Sequence record: MK373778.1
DNA: 64,000 nt
Direction: 5' to 3' (one strand)
DNA from: Escherichia phage vB_EcoM_WFbE185
The notes under the pieces are model-generated. The model searched no databases and was not told where the DNA came from. It was given only the letters and a program-made list of their open reading frames with translations. Each line of letters opens with the position of its first letter. Position 1 is the first letter of the stretch. Below are positions 10,362 through 20,170 of this stretch, one piece after another. The position numbers and the translations under genes were made by a program.

Positions 10362-10601
10362 CTATTTTTTAAGCATGAAAAGTAAGTAATTTGTATCACG
10401 TGGAGTAATATCAACACCCATATCAAAGATGCCTTTATAGATTGGGTATTTGTTTTCGGTTGTATCGAAGCTGAAACTATTTCCATCACAACTAACAGTA
10501 ATAGCATCTGTTAAAATGTCATACTCAATCCTAACAATTGAATCCCCAATTTTAACGTCGAGGTGTTTTTTGAATTTGATAAAATCTAATTCTTGGGCCA
10601 T
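10362..10601 (-). CDS. Hypothetical protein, 79 aa
   Basis: ORF track. Confidence 0.5.
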   Translation of the reverse strand: MAQELDFIKFKKHLDVKIGDSIVRIEYDILTDAITVSCDGNSFSFDTTENKYPIYKGIFDMGVDITPRDTNYLLFMLKK

Positions 10602-10664
10602 GATATTTTCCTCATTTTAAGACGATAGGAAGATAATAACATGTCTTCCTATCGTTGTACATTA

Positions 10665-10865
10665 TTAACCGAACTTTTTAGCGCCTTTCCAGCCTTCGTA
10701 CATAACTGCACAAGTCAGTAGTACAGCGTGCTGGCATTCTTTGTATTTGTAAATCCAGAACCAGCGTAAGAAGTCTTCATCCTCAACGCCGTTGAGTTTC
10801 ATATTGGCAAAGAATTCGGCACGTTCTTCACGAAGCTTTTGCGATAACATAGATTCAGGATTCAT
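10665..10865 (-). CDS. Hypothetical protein, 66 aa
   Basis: ORF track. Confidence 0.45.
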   Translation of the reverse strand: MNPESMLSQKLREERAEFFANMKLNGVEDEDFLRWFWIYKYKECQHAVLLTCAVMYEGWKGAKKFG

Positions 10866-10996
10866 TTTGTGTTCCAGGCCCCATTTTCATCGATGAACTT
10901 AATCCAGTCATTTACAGACCATTTAGTTGTATCACCCTTTGGATTAACATTTAAAGTATATAATCCCTGCTTAAAAAGCATTCGTTTGATATTCAT
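10862..10996 (-). CDS. Small hypothetical protein, about 44 aa
   Basis: ORF track 10862..11089 trimmed to ATG 10996 with SD GAGGAAA. Confidence 0.3.
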   Translation of the reverse strand: MNIKRMLFKQGLYTLNVNPKGDTTKWSVNDWIKFIDENGAWNTK

Positions 10997-11003
10997 AATT
11001 TCC

Positions 11004-11297
11004 TCAACTGTAACGATAACATTCGTTAGCTTTACGTTTGGCTTCAGTATGAGAAGTATTATAATCATACTCTTCTTTACTGTAAACATCTTTTTTCAAC
11101 TTACGAACTTCTTTGCGGAGTTGTCGATTCATTTCGTTCTTGACTTCAGAATCAACGCCTTTCATACGTTTCCATTTATCTGAGCGGAAGATGTTTTCAA
11201 CCATGTCTTTGTGGCTAACACCGTCAGGAGCTTTACGCTTACCAAAATAGTCGTAATCGCGAACTTTCAAATCTTTACGACGATATGTTTTACCCAT
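11004..11297 (-). CDS. Hypothetical basic protein, about 97 aa
   Basis: ORF track 11004..11324 trimmed to ATG 11297; Lys/Arg-rich. Confidence 0.45.
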   Translation of the reverse strand: MGKTYRRKDLKVRDYDYFGKRKAPDGVSHKDMVENIFRSDKWKRMKGVDSEVKNEMNRQLRKEVRKLKKDVYSKEEYDYNTSHTEAKRKANECYRYS

Positions 11298-11304
11298 AAG
11301 TACC

Positions 11305-11553
11305 TCAGAGGTTGATTGATACAATGCGTTTGATAAAATTCACTTCACTTACTGAAAGGTCTTTAAGACCGATTGATTCTAAACGCTGAGTAAGCGTCAA
11401 CATCGGGATATAATCCCAATGAGTTTTATTTGCTTGATAAGTACGAACGCCATTAGCAATTTCAACATACAAATCGGAAATGGTAACGAATACCGGTCGC
11501 TCGTCATTAACTTTAAGGGTTAGAACAACTTTCTTTGAATCTAAACTAATCAT
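11305..11553 (-). CDS. Hypothetical protein, 82 aa
   Basis: ORF track. Confidence 0.5.
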   Translation of the reverse strand: MISLDSKKVVLTLKVNDERPVFVTISDLYVEIANGVRTYQANKTHWDYIPMLTLTQRLESIGLKDLSVSEVNFIKRIVSINL

Positions 11554-11732
11554 GGCTTAATTTCCTTCGCAATTGAACAGAAGATACCACGGTCACAAAG
11601 CATTTCACCAATTTCTGGATATTTGATTGAACGGTACCAAACATCCAGGCTTGAAACTCTGGTTATCTGTACGGCATTACCATTGACAGAATAGTACTGG
11701 TCAACCTTAATTTCTTTATCTTCAATTGTCAT
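11550..11732 (-). CDS. Hypothetical protein, about 60 aa
   Basis: ORF track 11550..11852 trimmed to internal ATG preceded by GAGGAAAATAAA. Confidence 0.4.
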   Translation of the reverse strand: MTIEDKEIKVDQYYSVNGNAVQITRVSSLDVWYRSIKYPEIGEMLCDRGIFCSIAKEIKP

Positions 11733-11870
11733 TTTATTTTCCTCTATAGTAGATGGTTTAATCTTAACACATCTATTGAGGATGTAAACTGTTTTATGAA
11801 AATATTTTTGATTTGAGAGGGGCACAAGGAGATAGTGAAGTGAAGATTCCAATGGATTATATTAGAAATG

Positions 11871-11899
11871 AGATAAAGAAGACCAGGCGGCCCCTGGTC
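11871..11899 (-). terminator. Candidate intrinsic terminator
   Basis: GACCAGG-cggcc-CCTGGTC hairpin followed on minus by TTCTTTATCT. Confidence 0.35.
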
Positions 11900-12220
11900 A
11901 ATCTTCTATGATATCAGAGTCGTATCCTAATGAAATCAAGGACTTTTTAAACTCTGCAATATTCTTTTGTTTCTTATCATTTAAAAATATGACAGGATAA
12001 CGAATATTAAGTGAAGTGAATCCTGCACGTTTAGCAAGAGATACGATTAAAGGACGGTCATATTCAATCTTACCATTATTAGTGAGGACTTTATAAAATG
12101 TATAAGGAGCATTGAGCTCCTTTAAAAGTTTTGTAACAGTATAACATCCTGGACAACGTCCAACTTCTTCAGGGATGCCATAAATTTCAATCTTGTTCTT
12201 TAAGTTCGAGTTTTGTTCCA
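11898..12220 (-). CDS. nrdH: Glutaredoxin-like protein (NrdH-like), start uncertain
   Basis: ORF track 11898..12350; CPGC redox motif after beta-strand KIEIYGIP; upstream part overlaps next ORF, so probable GTG start near 12220. Confidence 0.55.
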
Positions 12221-12504
12221 CGAGAAATAATTCCTTGGTAAGCCCAATAAGGAGGATTAACAGAATCCTCACCAGAGTTTTCTTCAGGAAAATAAACCTG
12301 GATAACGAAGCCGGATTCATCAAAGGTAAAATAAACCGTAGGCAGTTCACCTAACAAATCGGTACGAGCGTTGATTTCTTCGAGGTCTTGTTCACGTCCG
12401 GCCCAGAAGCTTGGGTTCAGACTACATTCATAGAAATAATAGTCATTACCGAACATATCAAAACCATTCCAACTCTCTACTACATACAGCTCAAAACTAA
12501 TCAT
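12187..12504 (-). CDS. Hypothetical acidic protein, 105 aa
   Basis: ORF track. Confidence 0.5.
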   Translation of the reverse strand: MISFELYVVESWNGFDMFGNDYYFYECSLNPSFWAGREQDLEEINARTDLLGELPTVYFTFDESGFVIQVYFPEENSGEDSVNPPYWAYQGIISRGTKLELKEQD

Positions 12505-12506
12505 AA

Positions 12507-12722
12507 TTAAGCCTTTTTATCAAGAACAGAATTCAGTTTATTAGTAATTTTGTCCAAACGTTCATTGAATTCGCTGGAGGATAAACCCTTTTCTGGAGAA
12601 ATTAAACTAATCACGAAAAATACACCAGTAAAAGGAATAAGAAAAATAGCTCCAACTGCCATAAACAAAAAGAACGTTACAGTTGTAAGAAAATCAGCTA
12701 AACCTTTACGAAATTTGTACAT
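12507..12722 (-). CDS. Small membrane protein, 71 aa
   Basis: ORF track; hydrophobic segment FLTTVTFFLFMAVGAIFLIPFTGVFFVISLI. Confidence 0.5.
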   Translation of the reverse strand: MYKFRKGLADFLTTVTFFLFMAVGAIFLIPFTGVFFVISLISPEKGLSSSEFNERLDKITNKLNSVLDKKA

Positions 12723-12832
12723 ATTTACCCTTAATTAACTAAGCATTGATAATCATTAAACTATATTGCGAATAAAATTCTGGACCAAAACGAAAAATCA
12801 TATCATTTATAGTATCCATAATGTAATTCAAT

Positions 12833-13303
12833 TTAATCATGTTTCCACACCCCATCGGTATTTGACCAAAGTCGCTGATTATCTGATCCTCGCCACAGCT
12901 TTTTAGTCGGAAGATTTTTCTCATACTTCCCATCAATAATAACATCAACATATTTAAGCATTTCTAGTTGTTTAATATCTTCAAACTTATATCCTGTCCA
13001 CAACCAAATGCTTTTATTGGGATAAAGATTTTTTACTGTTTGAGCAATGCAATGAATAACATCTCGGTTATCAGGATAGAGAGGGTCACCTCCGGTTATA
13101 GTTAATCCTTCTATATAATCATTATTCAAACATTCAATTAATTGTTCTAGTGTTTCACCAGTGAATGGAACACCATTTCTAGCATTCCATGTTGATTTAT
13201 TATAACACCCTTCGCATTTATGCAAACAACCCGTAACGAAAAGAACGACCCTGCATCCGGGGCCATTCACAAAATCGCAAGGATAAAATCTATCATAATT
13301 CAT
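12833..13303 (-). CDS. nrdG: Anaerobic ribonucleotide reductase activating protein NrdG (radical SAM)
   Basis: 156 aa; CLHKCEGC (CxxxCxxC) cluster motif; directly downstream of nrdD. Confidence 0.9.
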   Translation of the reverse strand: MNYDRFYPCDFVNGPGCRVVLFVTGCLHKCEGCYNKSTWNARNGVPFTGETLEQLIECLNNDYIEGLTITGGDPLYPDNRDVIHCIAQTVKNLYPNKSIWLWTGYKFEDIKQLEMLKYVDVIIDGKYEKNLPTKKLWRGSDNQRLWSNTDGVWKHD

Positions 13304-15117
13304 TGGTGTTTAACCCTATGCATGATTTCTTTATTTTTACCGAGATTAAATCCGCGTTCGTTCGGATTTCCCAAATAACCGCATGTTCTTCTTATGGTGT
13401 TCATCTTTTTAGGATCAGTTTCTCCACAAATAGAACAAACAAATCCGTTTTCAGTAGGAGTCATTTCATGGGTACTTCCACATGTAAAACATTTATCCAC
13501 TGGCATATTAACACCAAAATAATCTAAATGTTGTGCAGCATAATCCCAGACGGCCTCAAGCCCCTTTAAATTGTTTTTCATATCTGGAAGTTCAACATAA
13601 GAAATGTGACCGCCGGTCGCTATGAAATGATAAGGAGCTTCACGAGAAATTTTTTCAAACGGAGTAATATTTTCTTCTACTGAAACATGGAAACTGTTAG
13701 TGTACCAGCCTTTATCTGTAACATCCTTTACACTTCCATATTTTTCTGTATCAAGTTTACAGAAGCGATAACAAAGGTTTTCAGCAGGAGTAGAATATAA
13801 ACTAAAAGCAAATCCAGTTCTTTCAGACCACTGTTTAAGATGAGCATTCATTTTAGTTAAAATTTCTTGCCCAATATCACGACCAACAAGAATATTCAAT
13901 TCGTGAATACCAATGTATCCTAAAGACACTGAACTTCTACCGTTTTTAAATAACTCAATTATGTCGTCATCAGGTTTAAGACGAACCCCGAATGCACCTT
14001 CTTGGTAAAGAATAGGAGCAACAGTCGCTTTAACTCCTTTTAAGGAACTAATTCTACACATCAAAGCTTCAAAACACAGGTCCATTCGTTCGTTAAATAG
14101 CTCAACAAATTTCTGTTCATTGAACTGTGTTCCAATATAAGAATCTAACGCAATACGAGGAAGATTCAGTGTTACAACACCAAGATTATTACGTCCATCA
14201 AGAATTTCATTGCCAGTCGAATCTTTCCATACACTCAAGAAACTACGGCAGCCCATTGGAGAAACAGGAACTGAAGAACCGGTAATAGCTTTATTATTCT
14301 TAACCGAAATAATGTCAGGATACATTCTTTTGCTTGCACATTCTAACGCAAGTTGTTTAATATCATAGTTCGGATCATCTTTATAAAGATTAACACCTTC
14401 TTCAACAAACATAACAAGTTTAGGAAAAATAGGAGTTATTCCATCACGACCAAGACCTTTAATGCGGTTTTTAAGAATTGCCTTCTGAATCATTCGTTCA
14501 GTCCAGTCAGTTCCCGTACCAAATGTAATTGTTACAAAAGGCGTTTGTCCGTTTGAACTAAAGAGAGTATTTACTTCATATTCATAAGCTTGGAACGCGT
14601 CATAGACATCTTTTTCTGTTTTGGATTGAGCATAATTCAACGCATCAGCAATTTGCCATTTTTCTGCATCTTCAACATGTTTAGCGTATGTGCGTTTAAC
14701 ATAAGGAGAAAGAACTTTATCGACATTCGCAAATGTAGTTCCGCCATACTGGTGTGAAGCAACTTGTGCGGTAATTTGTGCCATAATTGCAGTAGCAACG
14801 CCAATAGATTTAGGCGTTTCAATTTGAGCATTGCCTAATTTAAATCCATTCTCAAGCATCCCCTTTAAATCGACTAAACAGCAATTGGTAAACGGAAGAG
14901 CAGGAGAATAATCAATATCATGCATGTGAATGATTCCGCTTTCATGCGCATTCATAATAAAAGACGGGACCATATTTTTGGCAATGTGCTTAGACACAAT
15001 ACCAGCCATAAGGTCCCGTTGAGTTGGAAAAACACGAGAATCTTTATTAGCATTCTCGTTCAAAAGATCTTTATTAGTTTTATAAATTAATCCTTCAATT
15101 TCTTTTTCAATTTTCAT
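13300..15117 (-). CDS. nrdD: Anaerobic ribonucleoside-triphosphate reductase NrdD
   Basis: 605 aa continuous ORF; C-terminal glycyl-radical motif RRTCGYLG and Zn-ribbon CFTCG...CSICG. Confidence 0.95.
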   Translation of the reverse strand: MKIEKEIEGLIYKTNKDLLNENANKDSRVFPTQRDLMAGIVSKHIAKNMVPSFIMNAHESGIIHMHDIDYSPALPFTNCCLVDLKGMLENGFKLGNAQIETPKSIGVATAIMAQITAQVASHQYGGTTFANVDKVLSPYVKRTYAKHVEDAEKWQIADALNYAQSKTEKDVYDAFQAYEYEVNTLFSSNGQTPFVTITFGTGTDWTERMIQKAILKNRIKGLGRDGITPIFPKLVMFVEEGVNLYKDDPNYDIKQLALECASKRMYPDIISVKNNKAITGSSVPVSPMGCRSFLSVWKDSTGNEILDGRNNLGVVTLNLPRIALDSYIGTQFNEQKFVELFNERMDLCFEALMCRISSLKGVKATVAPILYQEGAFGVRLKPDDDIIELFKNGRSSVSLGYIGIHELNILVGRDIGQEILTKMNAHLKQWSERTGFAFSLYSTPAENLCYRFCKLDTEKYGSVKDVTDKGWYTNSFHVSVEENITPFEKISREAPYHFIATGGHISYVELPDMKNNLKGLEAVWDYAAQHLDYFGVNMPVDKCFTCGSTHEMTPTENGFVCSICGETDPKKMNTIRRTCGYLGNPNERGFNLGKNKEIMHRVKHQ

Positions 15118-15587
15118 TTTAAACTCTTTCTAAGCTGCTTTTTGAATGAAGCTATTAATTGTGTTTTAGTATCAGATTCATTATATTCAAATCCTCTTTG
15201 AAGCATCTCGGACATCATTTCCTCTTTACCTAGTCTTGAGAACTCTTTAGTTTTGTCTGGAACAAAATTAGGATGGATATTATTATCAGAATAATCTTGT
15301 TTCAAATAAGCAAGAAGAGATTCAAGCCATTCGAGGTAGTCGACATCACGACCTTTAAGACCAGAACGGTTGAACTTATGCTTCATTTGGCCTTCTGCTG
15401 CGTTGCACAGATTACAGAGTAACCCACGAACTCTACCTGCTTTTGGCCCGTTTAATTCGTGGTCGTGGTCAAGATGGTTACCTTGAACATCAGGGTCTAA
15501 TTCACGGTGGCAAATAGGACACTTACCGTTCTGTGCATCATAAAATTTTTGTTTTTCTTCTTTGTATAATTTGCCAGATAATAACAT
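15114..15587 (-). CDS. 49: Endonuclease VII gp49 (Holliday junction resolvase)
   Basis: 157 aa; matches remembered T4 endo VII (CPICHREL...HLDHDHELNGPKAGRVRGLLCNLCN). Confidence 0.9.
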   Translation of the reverse strand: MLLSGKLYKEEKQKFYDAQNGKCPICHRELDPDVQGNHLDHDHELNGPKAGRVRGLLCNLCNAAEGQMKHKFNRSGLKGRDVDYLEWLESLLAYLKQDYSDNNIHPNFVPDKTKEFSRLGKEEMMSEMLQRGFEYNESDTKTQLIASFKKQLRKSLK

Positions 15588-15616
15588 AATAAACCCTTAC
15601 CATATATAGATAAGGG

Positions 15617-15624
15617 TATTTATA
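15617..15624 (-). promoter_or_regulatory. Late promoter TATAAATA upstream of gene 49
   Basis: Plus tatttata, about 30 nt upstream of ATG 15587. Confidence 0.6.
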
Positions 15625-15626
15625 AT

Positions 15627-15806
15627 TTAGTAAACGTTATAAAAGTCTCGATGAAAACGTTTATACTGTCGAATCATTCTTTTAGTAGGACGTGTTACCG
15701 AAATGATTGAAGTCCTCATGTTCGGATTGTTTGGAGCCCCAATCATAATAAATTTCCAGGATTTTTGGCCGTTTGTTCTTTCGCCATAAAATAGTTCAGT
15801 TTTCAT
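15627..15806 (-). CDS. Small basic protein, 59 aa (paralogue of 16231..16401)
   Basis: Hand translation MKTELFYGERTNGQKSWKFIMIGAPNNPNMRTSIISVTRPTKRMIRQYKRFHRDFYNVY; below ORF-track cutoff. Confidence 0.4.
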   Translation of the reverse strand: MKTELFYGERTNGQKSWKFIMIGAPNNPNMRTSIISVTRPTKRMIRQYKRFHRDFYNVY

Positions 15807-15815
15807 AATAAACCT

Positions 15816-16229
15816 TTAACTTAAACGTCTTTCTAAATATTCAATGTATTCCGCTGCGGCTTGCATCAGATTACCTTCATAACCGTCATTATTTTCTTGG
15901 GCGGCTAATTTAGCTAAAGCATAAGAAATACGTTCACCTTCGAATTCGCCAAGTCCACCATCACAAACTACTTGGTCAATTTCTTCGAGTTCATCTATTG
16001 AATGGGATTCCCAGAAGCACCAAAGAGAAGTATCACGGTCATAGATGCAAAGTTTCTCACCTGTGTTCAACATCACTTCAATAATGCCATGGTCGCCATA
16101 ACCATCTTCGGTAGTAGTACCAATTACCTTGATGATCGTATCTTTCTTTAATTCAGGAAACTTGACTTGTAGTTCTTCATCTTCTTTAACAATCTTGAAC
16201 CATTTACCGCGAGTTTCAGAAATATTCAT
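15816..16229 (-). CDS. Hypothetical acidic protein, about 137 aa
   Basis: ORF track 15816..16367 trimmed to ATG 16229, which is stop/start coupled with the upstream small ORF. Confidence 0.5.
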   Translation of the reverse strand: MNISETRGKWFKIVKEDEELQVKFPELKKDTIIKVIGTTTEDGYGDHGIIEVMLNTGEKLCIYDRDTSLWCFWESHSIDELEEIDQVVCDGGLGEFEGERISYALAKLAAQENNDGYEGNLMQAAAEYIEYLERRLS

Positions 16230-16230
16230 A

Positions 16231-16401
16231 TCAATATTCTCTATAAAAGTTACGATGAGAACGTTTAGCTTTGCGAAGCTGACGTTTAGTAGGACGAACT
16301 GTAAATGGTTGTCCAGAGAAAAAATTCGGATCGGTTTTAATAAGCAAATACCAATCATGCTTGCCATTTTTTAATAAACGGTACAATAATTTAACTTGCA
16401 T
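16231..16401 (-). CDS. Small basic protein, about 56 aa (paralogue of 15627..15806)
   Basis: ORF track 16231..16428; shares C-terminal VRPTKRQLRKAKRSHRNFYREY motif. Confidence 0.4.
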   Translation of the reverse strand: MQVKLLYRLLKNGKHDWYLLIKTDPNFFSGQPFTVRPTKRQLRKAKRSHRNFYREY

Positions 16402-16529
16402 AATAATCTCTTCCCATCTCCATATCAATTAATTCATTTATTGAAGGTTCATCATAACACGTTTCTTCGTCGTTGTAAACTGTTTCGACGTCTGGCTCGA
16501 CTGTCTCCCATCGAGCCGAATACCATGGC

Positions 16530-16886
16530 TTAACCCCGGAGTTTATTGAGCTCTTCATAATCAATCCAGGATTCTAGCCCTGACGGCAGGTCACATTCAA
16601 TGTTCCACAGAAGCTCTTCAATGGCTTGCAGGCGATTATATTCTTCAACGGTAATGGTAACCATTGGTGCAACCGGTTCTGCCTTTTTAACCATCATGTC
16701 GTTCATCAGGACGTAAAGGTCATCACGAACGACAGTGTCGTTCCATCCCCATGATTTGGCTTCGTAAGCTAATGATGAAGGGAGCACATTTAAAACTTCA
16801 ATAATAGTTGGAGCATCAGGACCAAGTTCATTGGCACAAACTTCGTATACATCTTGGAAATCTTTAAGATTTAATGAATATGTCAT
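16530..16886 (-). CDS. Hypothetical acidic protein, 118 aa
   Basis: ORF track. Confidence 0.5.
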   Translation of the reverse strand: MTYSLNLKDFQDVYEVCANELGPDAPTIIEVLNVLPSSLAYEAKSWGWNDTVVRDDLYVLMNDMMVKKAEPVAPMVTITVEEYNRLQAIEELLWNIECDLPSGLESWIDYEELNKLRG

Positions 16887-16904
16887 TTAAAATTTTCTCG
16901 CAGG

Positions 16905-17201
16905 TTATTGTTCTACCCATGAACAAGAGACTTCAAAATCAGGACCACCGTATTCCCAGTGATATTCACCAACAGGAATCCAGTCACCGTGCTCGTTTTC
17001 TTCATAGTCCTCAGGCTCAAGGCCAACGAATCGCCATTGGACACCGATGATTCGATTACCCATCATTACTCGAAATTCGCCCCATGGATTATCGATAGCA
17101 TACTGAATATCGTTCTTGGCACGAGAGCACATTTCTTGATATAATAAAGCTTCTAATTCACCCTGGTCATAAGGGCCAGGGAAAGTTAAATCAATACTCA
17201 T
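16905..17201 (-). CDS. Hypothetical acidic protein, 98 aa
   Basis: ORF track. Confidence 0.5.
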   Translation of the reverse strand: MSIDLTFPGPYDQGELEALLYQEMCSRAKNDIQYAIDNPWGEFRVMMGNRIIGVQWRFVGLEPEDYEENEHGDWIPVGEYHWEYGGPDFEVSCSWVEQ

Positions 17202-17461
17202 TTAAAATATTCTCGTAGTTGGTCAAATCCACCAATGTGACTTCCGTCAGGAGCAAACACCTGAGGCATAGTCAATCCAACTTGTGATTCACGTCCAAGC
17301 TTAACCAGAAGCTCAGTAATTTTCTCATCATCGAACACACCTTTTTCCGGCATAACATTAATGAATTCGAATGGTTGTTTCTTAACAGTCAGCAATCGTT
17401 TCGCATTATCACAATAAATGCATTTATGAATAGTAGAGTCATACCCGTACACTTTAAACAT
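17198..17461 (-). CDS. nrdC: Thioredoxin/glutaredoxin NrdC
   Basis: ORF track 17198..17476; from MFKVYGYDSTIHKCIYCDNAKRLL matches remembered T4 NrdC; CxxC active site. Confidence 0.85.
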   Translation of the reverse strand: MFKVYGYDSTIHKCIYCDNAKRLLTVKKQPFEFINVMPEKGVFDDEKITELLVKLGRESQVGLTMPQVFAPDGSHIGGFDQLREYFK

Positions 17462-17867
17462 TATTTTTCCTTTCATCGATTAAATATGCAATGCCAAATA
17501 CAATACATGTAATAAAACCTGTGATACAGATAGAAACCAACAATACTGTACCAAAGAACCAAATCAAGTTATCTTTGGTAGTTTGTTTGATATCCATCTC
17601 ACGAATTTCTATAGCTATCGTATCACCTTTATTCAGAAGCGTATAAAACGATGGCGATACACGCCTGTCAAAAACTCGTCCTTGCTCATCTTTATAGACT
17701 GCAATAAATTCTAATTTAGAATATTTTCCTGTAGATTGGCCTGAGATTAATTCCACTACCTCCACAGGAATTACTTTAGTTTCCATGTAAGTATTCTGGC
17801 TGTTCCAAATGAATGGAATAATAGCAAAAACTAAAGCTGTGATAAAACAACGAAGGCTATATCTCAT
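17454..17867 (-). CDS. Membrane protein, 137 aa
   Basis: ORF track; N- and C-terminal hydrophobic segments. Confidence 0.5.
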   Translation of the reverse strand: MRYSLRCFITALVFAIIPFIWNSQNTYMETKVIPVEVVELISGQSTGKYSKLEFIAVYKDEQGRVFDRRVSPSFYTLLNKGDTIAIEIREMDIKQTTKDNLIWFFGTVLLVSICITGFITCIVFGIAYLIDERKNNV

Positions 17868-18172
17868 TATAATGTTCTCTCAAATTTGTGGAAGCATTTA
17901 CGGCATTTCAATTTCAAGTTATCAGTTGTCCAGTTAACCAGTTGGACTTGGATAGTTCCACATTCCGGGCATGGATGTTTTGCTGCCGATTTGGCAGCAT
18001 TTTCACGTCGTTCAACCATTTTCATTATTTCGTTCCATGCCGGAGGAACAAACTCTTCTTCACCGTGGATTTTATCTCGCTGAACAAATTCAATCTTTGA
18101 ACTATCGTCAATAAACTTAACCAAGCCATGATTAGTGCTCATATCAATATCCTCTAAAAGACGTAGTTTCAT
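17867..18172 (-). CDS. Zinc-ribbon protein, 101 aa
   Basis: ORF track; CPECG ... CRKC pair. Confidence 0.5.
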   Translation of the reverse strand: MKLRLLEDIDMSTNHGLVKFIDDSSKIEFVQRDKIHGEEEFVPPAWNEIMKMVERRENAAKSAAKHPCPECGTIQVQLVNWTTDNLKLKCRKCFHKFERTL

Positions 18173-19122
18173 TATAACACCTCAATGGCATTTCGTAAAC
18201 CATCCGCTTTCGCATTCAGAGCTTTTAACGATTTAGTTTGTTCTGCAATCTGGGCTTCGACTTCTTTCAGACGAGATTTGAGATATTCGCGTTCTTCTCT
18301 TAAGTTATCAACTTTTTCTGCTTTAGGCTCTTTAATAGGCTTAGGCTTATACTCGTTAGGGTTCTTCAACTTAATTTGAATGCGAGAACTGTATAACATT
18401 GAACCATTATCTTCGGTTTCATCATACATTTCTACCACGTCCATGATTCTTAACATCATGCGAAGTTTATAAGACAGCGAACGAATGGTTTTATTGTGCT
18501 TCTTAATTTCTTCAGCTTTCATGGTGCCGAGATTACGTGAGTAATAATAAGGAACCTGAATATCAATTGATAATGATGCGGTACCATTACCGGTTGGTTT
18601 GAACACTGCAGTAACCCAATCTTTAGCATGAACTGTATTTGTACGATCATCGCCGCCTGTGAATAATTTACGAGAATGTTTAAAAAGCATATTCACTTGG
18701 TTATTGAATTCACAAGCAAATTTATCAGCAAATTTAGTTTCAGGAATGGTAGATAACCAATCAGCCAAATGAGTCTTTTTAACATCATTAACAATAGTGA
18801 ATTCAACCAAATCGGTTTTAGATGTCACAGATTTAATAAAGCTCGGCTTCATAAAGTTTTTAATGTTATCGCGAGCTACAGTAGAAGATAATAAACGAGA
18901 ACGTTTGAACCATTGAAGCAGTGTCCCTAATGAATGAGAATATGCATTTTGAGTATCTTTACAGATATGATTTTCTTGGCCTATGTATGTACCAAAATCT
19001 CGAAGAATACCACTTACTACATCTCGGTGTGGAACATCAAATCCTAGTGCACCAGAAGCACGTTGGGCATGAACGTTAGCGATAAGACCTGCAAAGTATT
19101 CAATGTAATGTGAACGTGTCAT
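18172..19122 (-). CDS. Hypothetical protein, 316 aa, paralogue family member 1 with C-terminal coiled coil
   Basis: ORF track; own early promoter at 19151-19180. Confidence 0.6.
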   Translation of the reverse strand: MTRSHYIEYFAGLIANVHAQRASGALGFDVPHRDVVSGILRDFGTYIGQENHICKDTQNAYSHSLGTLLQWFKRSRLLSSTVARDNIKNFMKPSFIKSVTSKTDLVEFTIVNDVKKTHLADWLSTIPETKFADKFACEFNNQVNMLFKHSRKLFTGGDDRTNTVHAKDWVTAVFKPTGNGTASLSIDIQVPYYYSRNLGTMKAEEIKKHNKTIRSLSYKLRMMLRIMDVVEMYDETEDNGSMLYSSRIQIKLKNPNEYKPKPIKEPKAEKVDNLREEREYLKSRLKEVEAQIAEQTKSLKALNAKADGLRNAIEVL

Positions 19123-19150
19123 AATATTTTCCTCTCGTTAAGATAGAAAG

Positions 19151-19180
19151 ATTATACTCCAACCATCCTTGGTTGTAAAC
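19151..19180 (-). promoter_or_regulatory. Sigma70-type early promoter
   Basis: Minus reads GTTTACA-spacer-TATAAT; spacer CCAAGGATGG shared with promoters at 20171 and 40617. Confidence 0.55.
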
Positions 19181-19184
19181 TGAT

Positions 19185-20144
19185 TTATGATTTTAACGCA
19201 TTCATTGCGTTAAAAAGTTTAGAATACTGCAACTGGAGATTCGTTACAACACTTTGAGCATCACGAAGCTTAGCTTGTGCTTTGTCAAGTTCAACAGACA
19301 GTTGGTCCATAGTGGCCTTGATTTGATTGTAATGGTAATCTTCGGCCGGAAGAAGGTCATTATAAACATTTAGTTTTACTGCAGACAGTTTGCACACATT
19401 TGGCAAACCTTTAAACATTGATTTAGCCGAAGTAGAATAAGCACTTAGGACTTCGGCTTGTTCAATTGGGGTCCCAGTAAGCGATGATTCAAACAATGCA
19501 TTTTCCTTTTTAAGATTTTGATAGTATTCAGAGTCTTTGTGCCACCATGGCGCAGGAACCTTTTTACCAATAGATACACGTGCCTGGATAGCGATATGGC
19601 CTTTATTCTTGATAGGGTTGATAATATTAAGCTCGCGAGAATAAATTGCTTTAATCTGGTGGATATTATCACCTAACACTTCCAACGCTTGGTGAAATAC
19701 ACGAGCAACGTTATCATTCTTAGGTTTATACGTAAGAGTGAACTCGTTCTCACTGATAACCATGATTTCTAACTTATCGTAAGTATATTTCAAATGTTTC
19801 ATGTTAATTGCTTGAGGACGAATACGAGAAGCAATGGCCATCAGATTGTTAAGGTTATTTCTGAACTGTTTAGCAAAATATTGTCCATAACCGCCAATGC
19901 AAAAATTACGAAGTTTCTGTTTGGCCAATAAACGGCTGAACTCGCCATTTTTAATGAACTCTTTAACGGGTGTGTTAGTAACGCATTCAAATTGAGTAAA
20001 CTTACGAGAATTAATCCCATAATACGAACAGATTTCCTCAATCTCTTCAGGAGTCTTTACAGGCATACGGATAGGATTAGGTCCTGGAGTATATGCGTTC
20101 GAGGTAAATTCTTTGATAAGTTCTCTACGTGTAATAAAAGCCAT
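19185..20144 (-). CDS. Hypothetical protein, 319 aa, paralogue family member 2
   Basis: ORF track; own early promoter at 20171-20200. Confidence 0.6.
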   Translation of the reverse strand: MAFITRRELIKEFTSNAYTPGPNPIRMPVKTPEEIEEICSYYGINSRKFTQFECVTNTPVKEFIKNGEFSRLLAKQKLRNFCIGGYGQYFAKQFRNNLNNLMAIASRIRPQAINMKHLKYTYDKLEIMVISENEFTLTYKPKNDNVARVFHQALEVLGDNIHQIKAIYSRELNIINPIKNKGHIAIQARVSIGKKVPAPWWHKDSEYYQNLKKENALFESSLTGTPIEQAEVLSAYSTSAKSMFKGLPNVCKLSAVKLNVYNDLLPAEDYHYNQIKATMDQLSVELDKAQAKLRDAQSVVTNLQLQYSKLFNAMNALKS

Positions 20145-20170
20145 TTTATATTCCTCATGTTGAAAAATTT

